From positions 15,256-79,255 of the forward strand of contig CAVWWJ010000028.1 of NCBI GenBank assembly GCA_963758625.1: 64,000 nucleotides of DNA. Reading direction: 5' to 3'. The notes below the pieces were generated by a model that saw nothing but the letters and a program-made list of their open reading frames with translations, was not told the origin of the DNA and did no database searches. Position numbers and translations under genes: made by a program. The DNA comes from an uncultured Alphaproteobacteria bacterium (GTDB lineage Bacteria; Pseudomonadota; Alphaproteobacteria; Rhizobiales; Hyphomicrobiaceae). This document shows, piece by piece, positions 63,534 through 64,000 of this stretch (positions within the stretch are counted from its first letter, which is position 1; the number at the start of each line of letters is the position of its first letter).

Positions 63534-64000
63534 ATGAAGCGCACTCTGAAATGGCTGGGCATTGGCGTGGCGGGGCTTCTCGGCCTCGCCCTCGCCGCCG
63601 CGGGCCTCGGCTTTGCGTATCCTCCGGAACACGGTGCCTGCGCCCTCGGGCACGCTGGCCATCGCGGGGCTGTCGGCGCCGGTCGAGGTGGTGCGCGACC
63701 GCGAGGGCGTGCCCCACATCTTCGCCAAGACCATCGACGACCTCTACGCCGGCCTGGGCTTCGTGCACGCGCAGGACCGCCTGTGGCAGATGGAGCTGCA
63801 GCGCCGCGCCGGTCAGGGCCGCCTGTCGGAAATCTTCGGCAAGGACACCTTCCGCAACGACGTATTCCTGCGCACGCTCGATCTCTACGGCCACGCCGAG
63901 CGCTCGCTGGCGGCGCTGCCCGCCGAGGTCAGGCGCGCGCTGGACGCCTATGCGCGCGGGGTCAACGCCTACCTGACCGCCGCCTCGGCTGGCTCGAGCC
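63534..64000 (+). pseudogene. Penicillin-acylase (S45) family protein, 5' part; one frame break; runs off the window
   Basis: ATG 63534 gives MKRTLKWLGIGVAGLLGLALAAAGLGFAY. One extra base follows (TAT[C]CTCCGG). The next frame then reads LRNTVPAPSGTLAIAGLSAPVEVVRDREGVPHIFAKTIDDLYAGLGFVHAQDRLWQMELQRRAGQGRLSEIFG... Confidence 0.7.

Overview
This is a high-G+C window of alphaproteobacterial (Rhizobiales-like) type, and it has two parts. The left part, 1 to about 22.7 kb, is an accessory segment. It holds an S26-peptidase-like fusion that lacks the catalytic Ser, a cpaB remnant, several small DUF-type genes, a DUF1989 gene, an MDR dehydrogenase, an IS5 remnant, complete IS110- and IS1595-family elements, a Bug/TctC binding protein, an outer-membrane beta-barrel, a trypsin-like protease, a Tat arylsulfatase, PH- and PRC-barrel proteins, a divergent LysR / FMN-reductase pair and an alpha/beta hydrolase. 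It ends at a 39-nt 5' half of tRNA-Pro(UGG) that sits next to an AT-rich perfect palindrome. The right part, 22.8 to 64 kb, shows core-genome synteny: a UvrD-like helicase, amidohydrolase-cupin-tctCBA, gshA, rsmE, argC, terC, rplM-rpsI, enoyl-CoA hydratase, metY, phaC, aminotransferase-hom-glpX, a five-gene branched-chain-type ABC operon, recJ, two FKBPs and a partial penicillin acylase. The most striking property is that 29 of the 40 genes I call to the right of 23.8 kb, including rplM and rpsI, can only be read by changing frame one or more times. Interspersed blocks (tctCBA, amidohydrolase, flavin reductase, acyltransferase, FKBPs) are uninterrupted. I label the disrupted genes as pseudogenes 'as sequenced', but uneven consensus quality is the more likely cause than biology. 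Other structure: a family of GTGTCAGACC-type palindromic (REP-like) hairpins, a 146-bp MITE-like element with perfect 14-bp terminal inverted repeats, and an IS1595 insertion whose 9-bp target duplication contains the start codon of the neighbouring gene. There is also a 226-aa orphan protein whose N-terminus lines up with the proteasome-beta / Ntn-hydrolase active-site pattern. I found no rRNA, no intact tRNA, no CRISPR array, no prophage and no recognisable named defence system. All family assignments come from motif recognition by eye, not from database searches.
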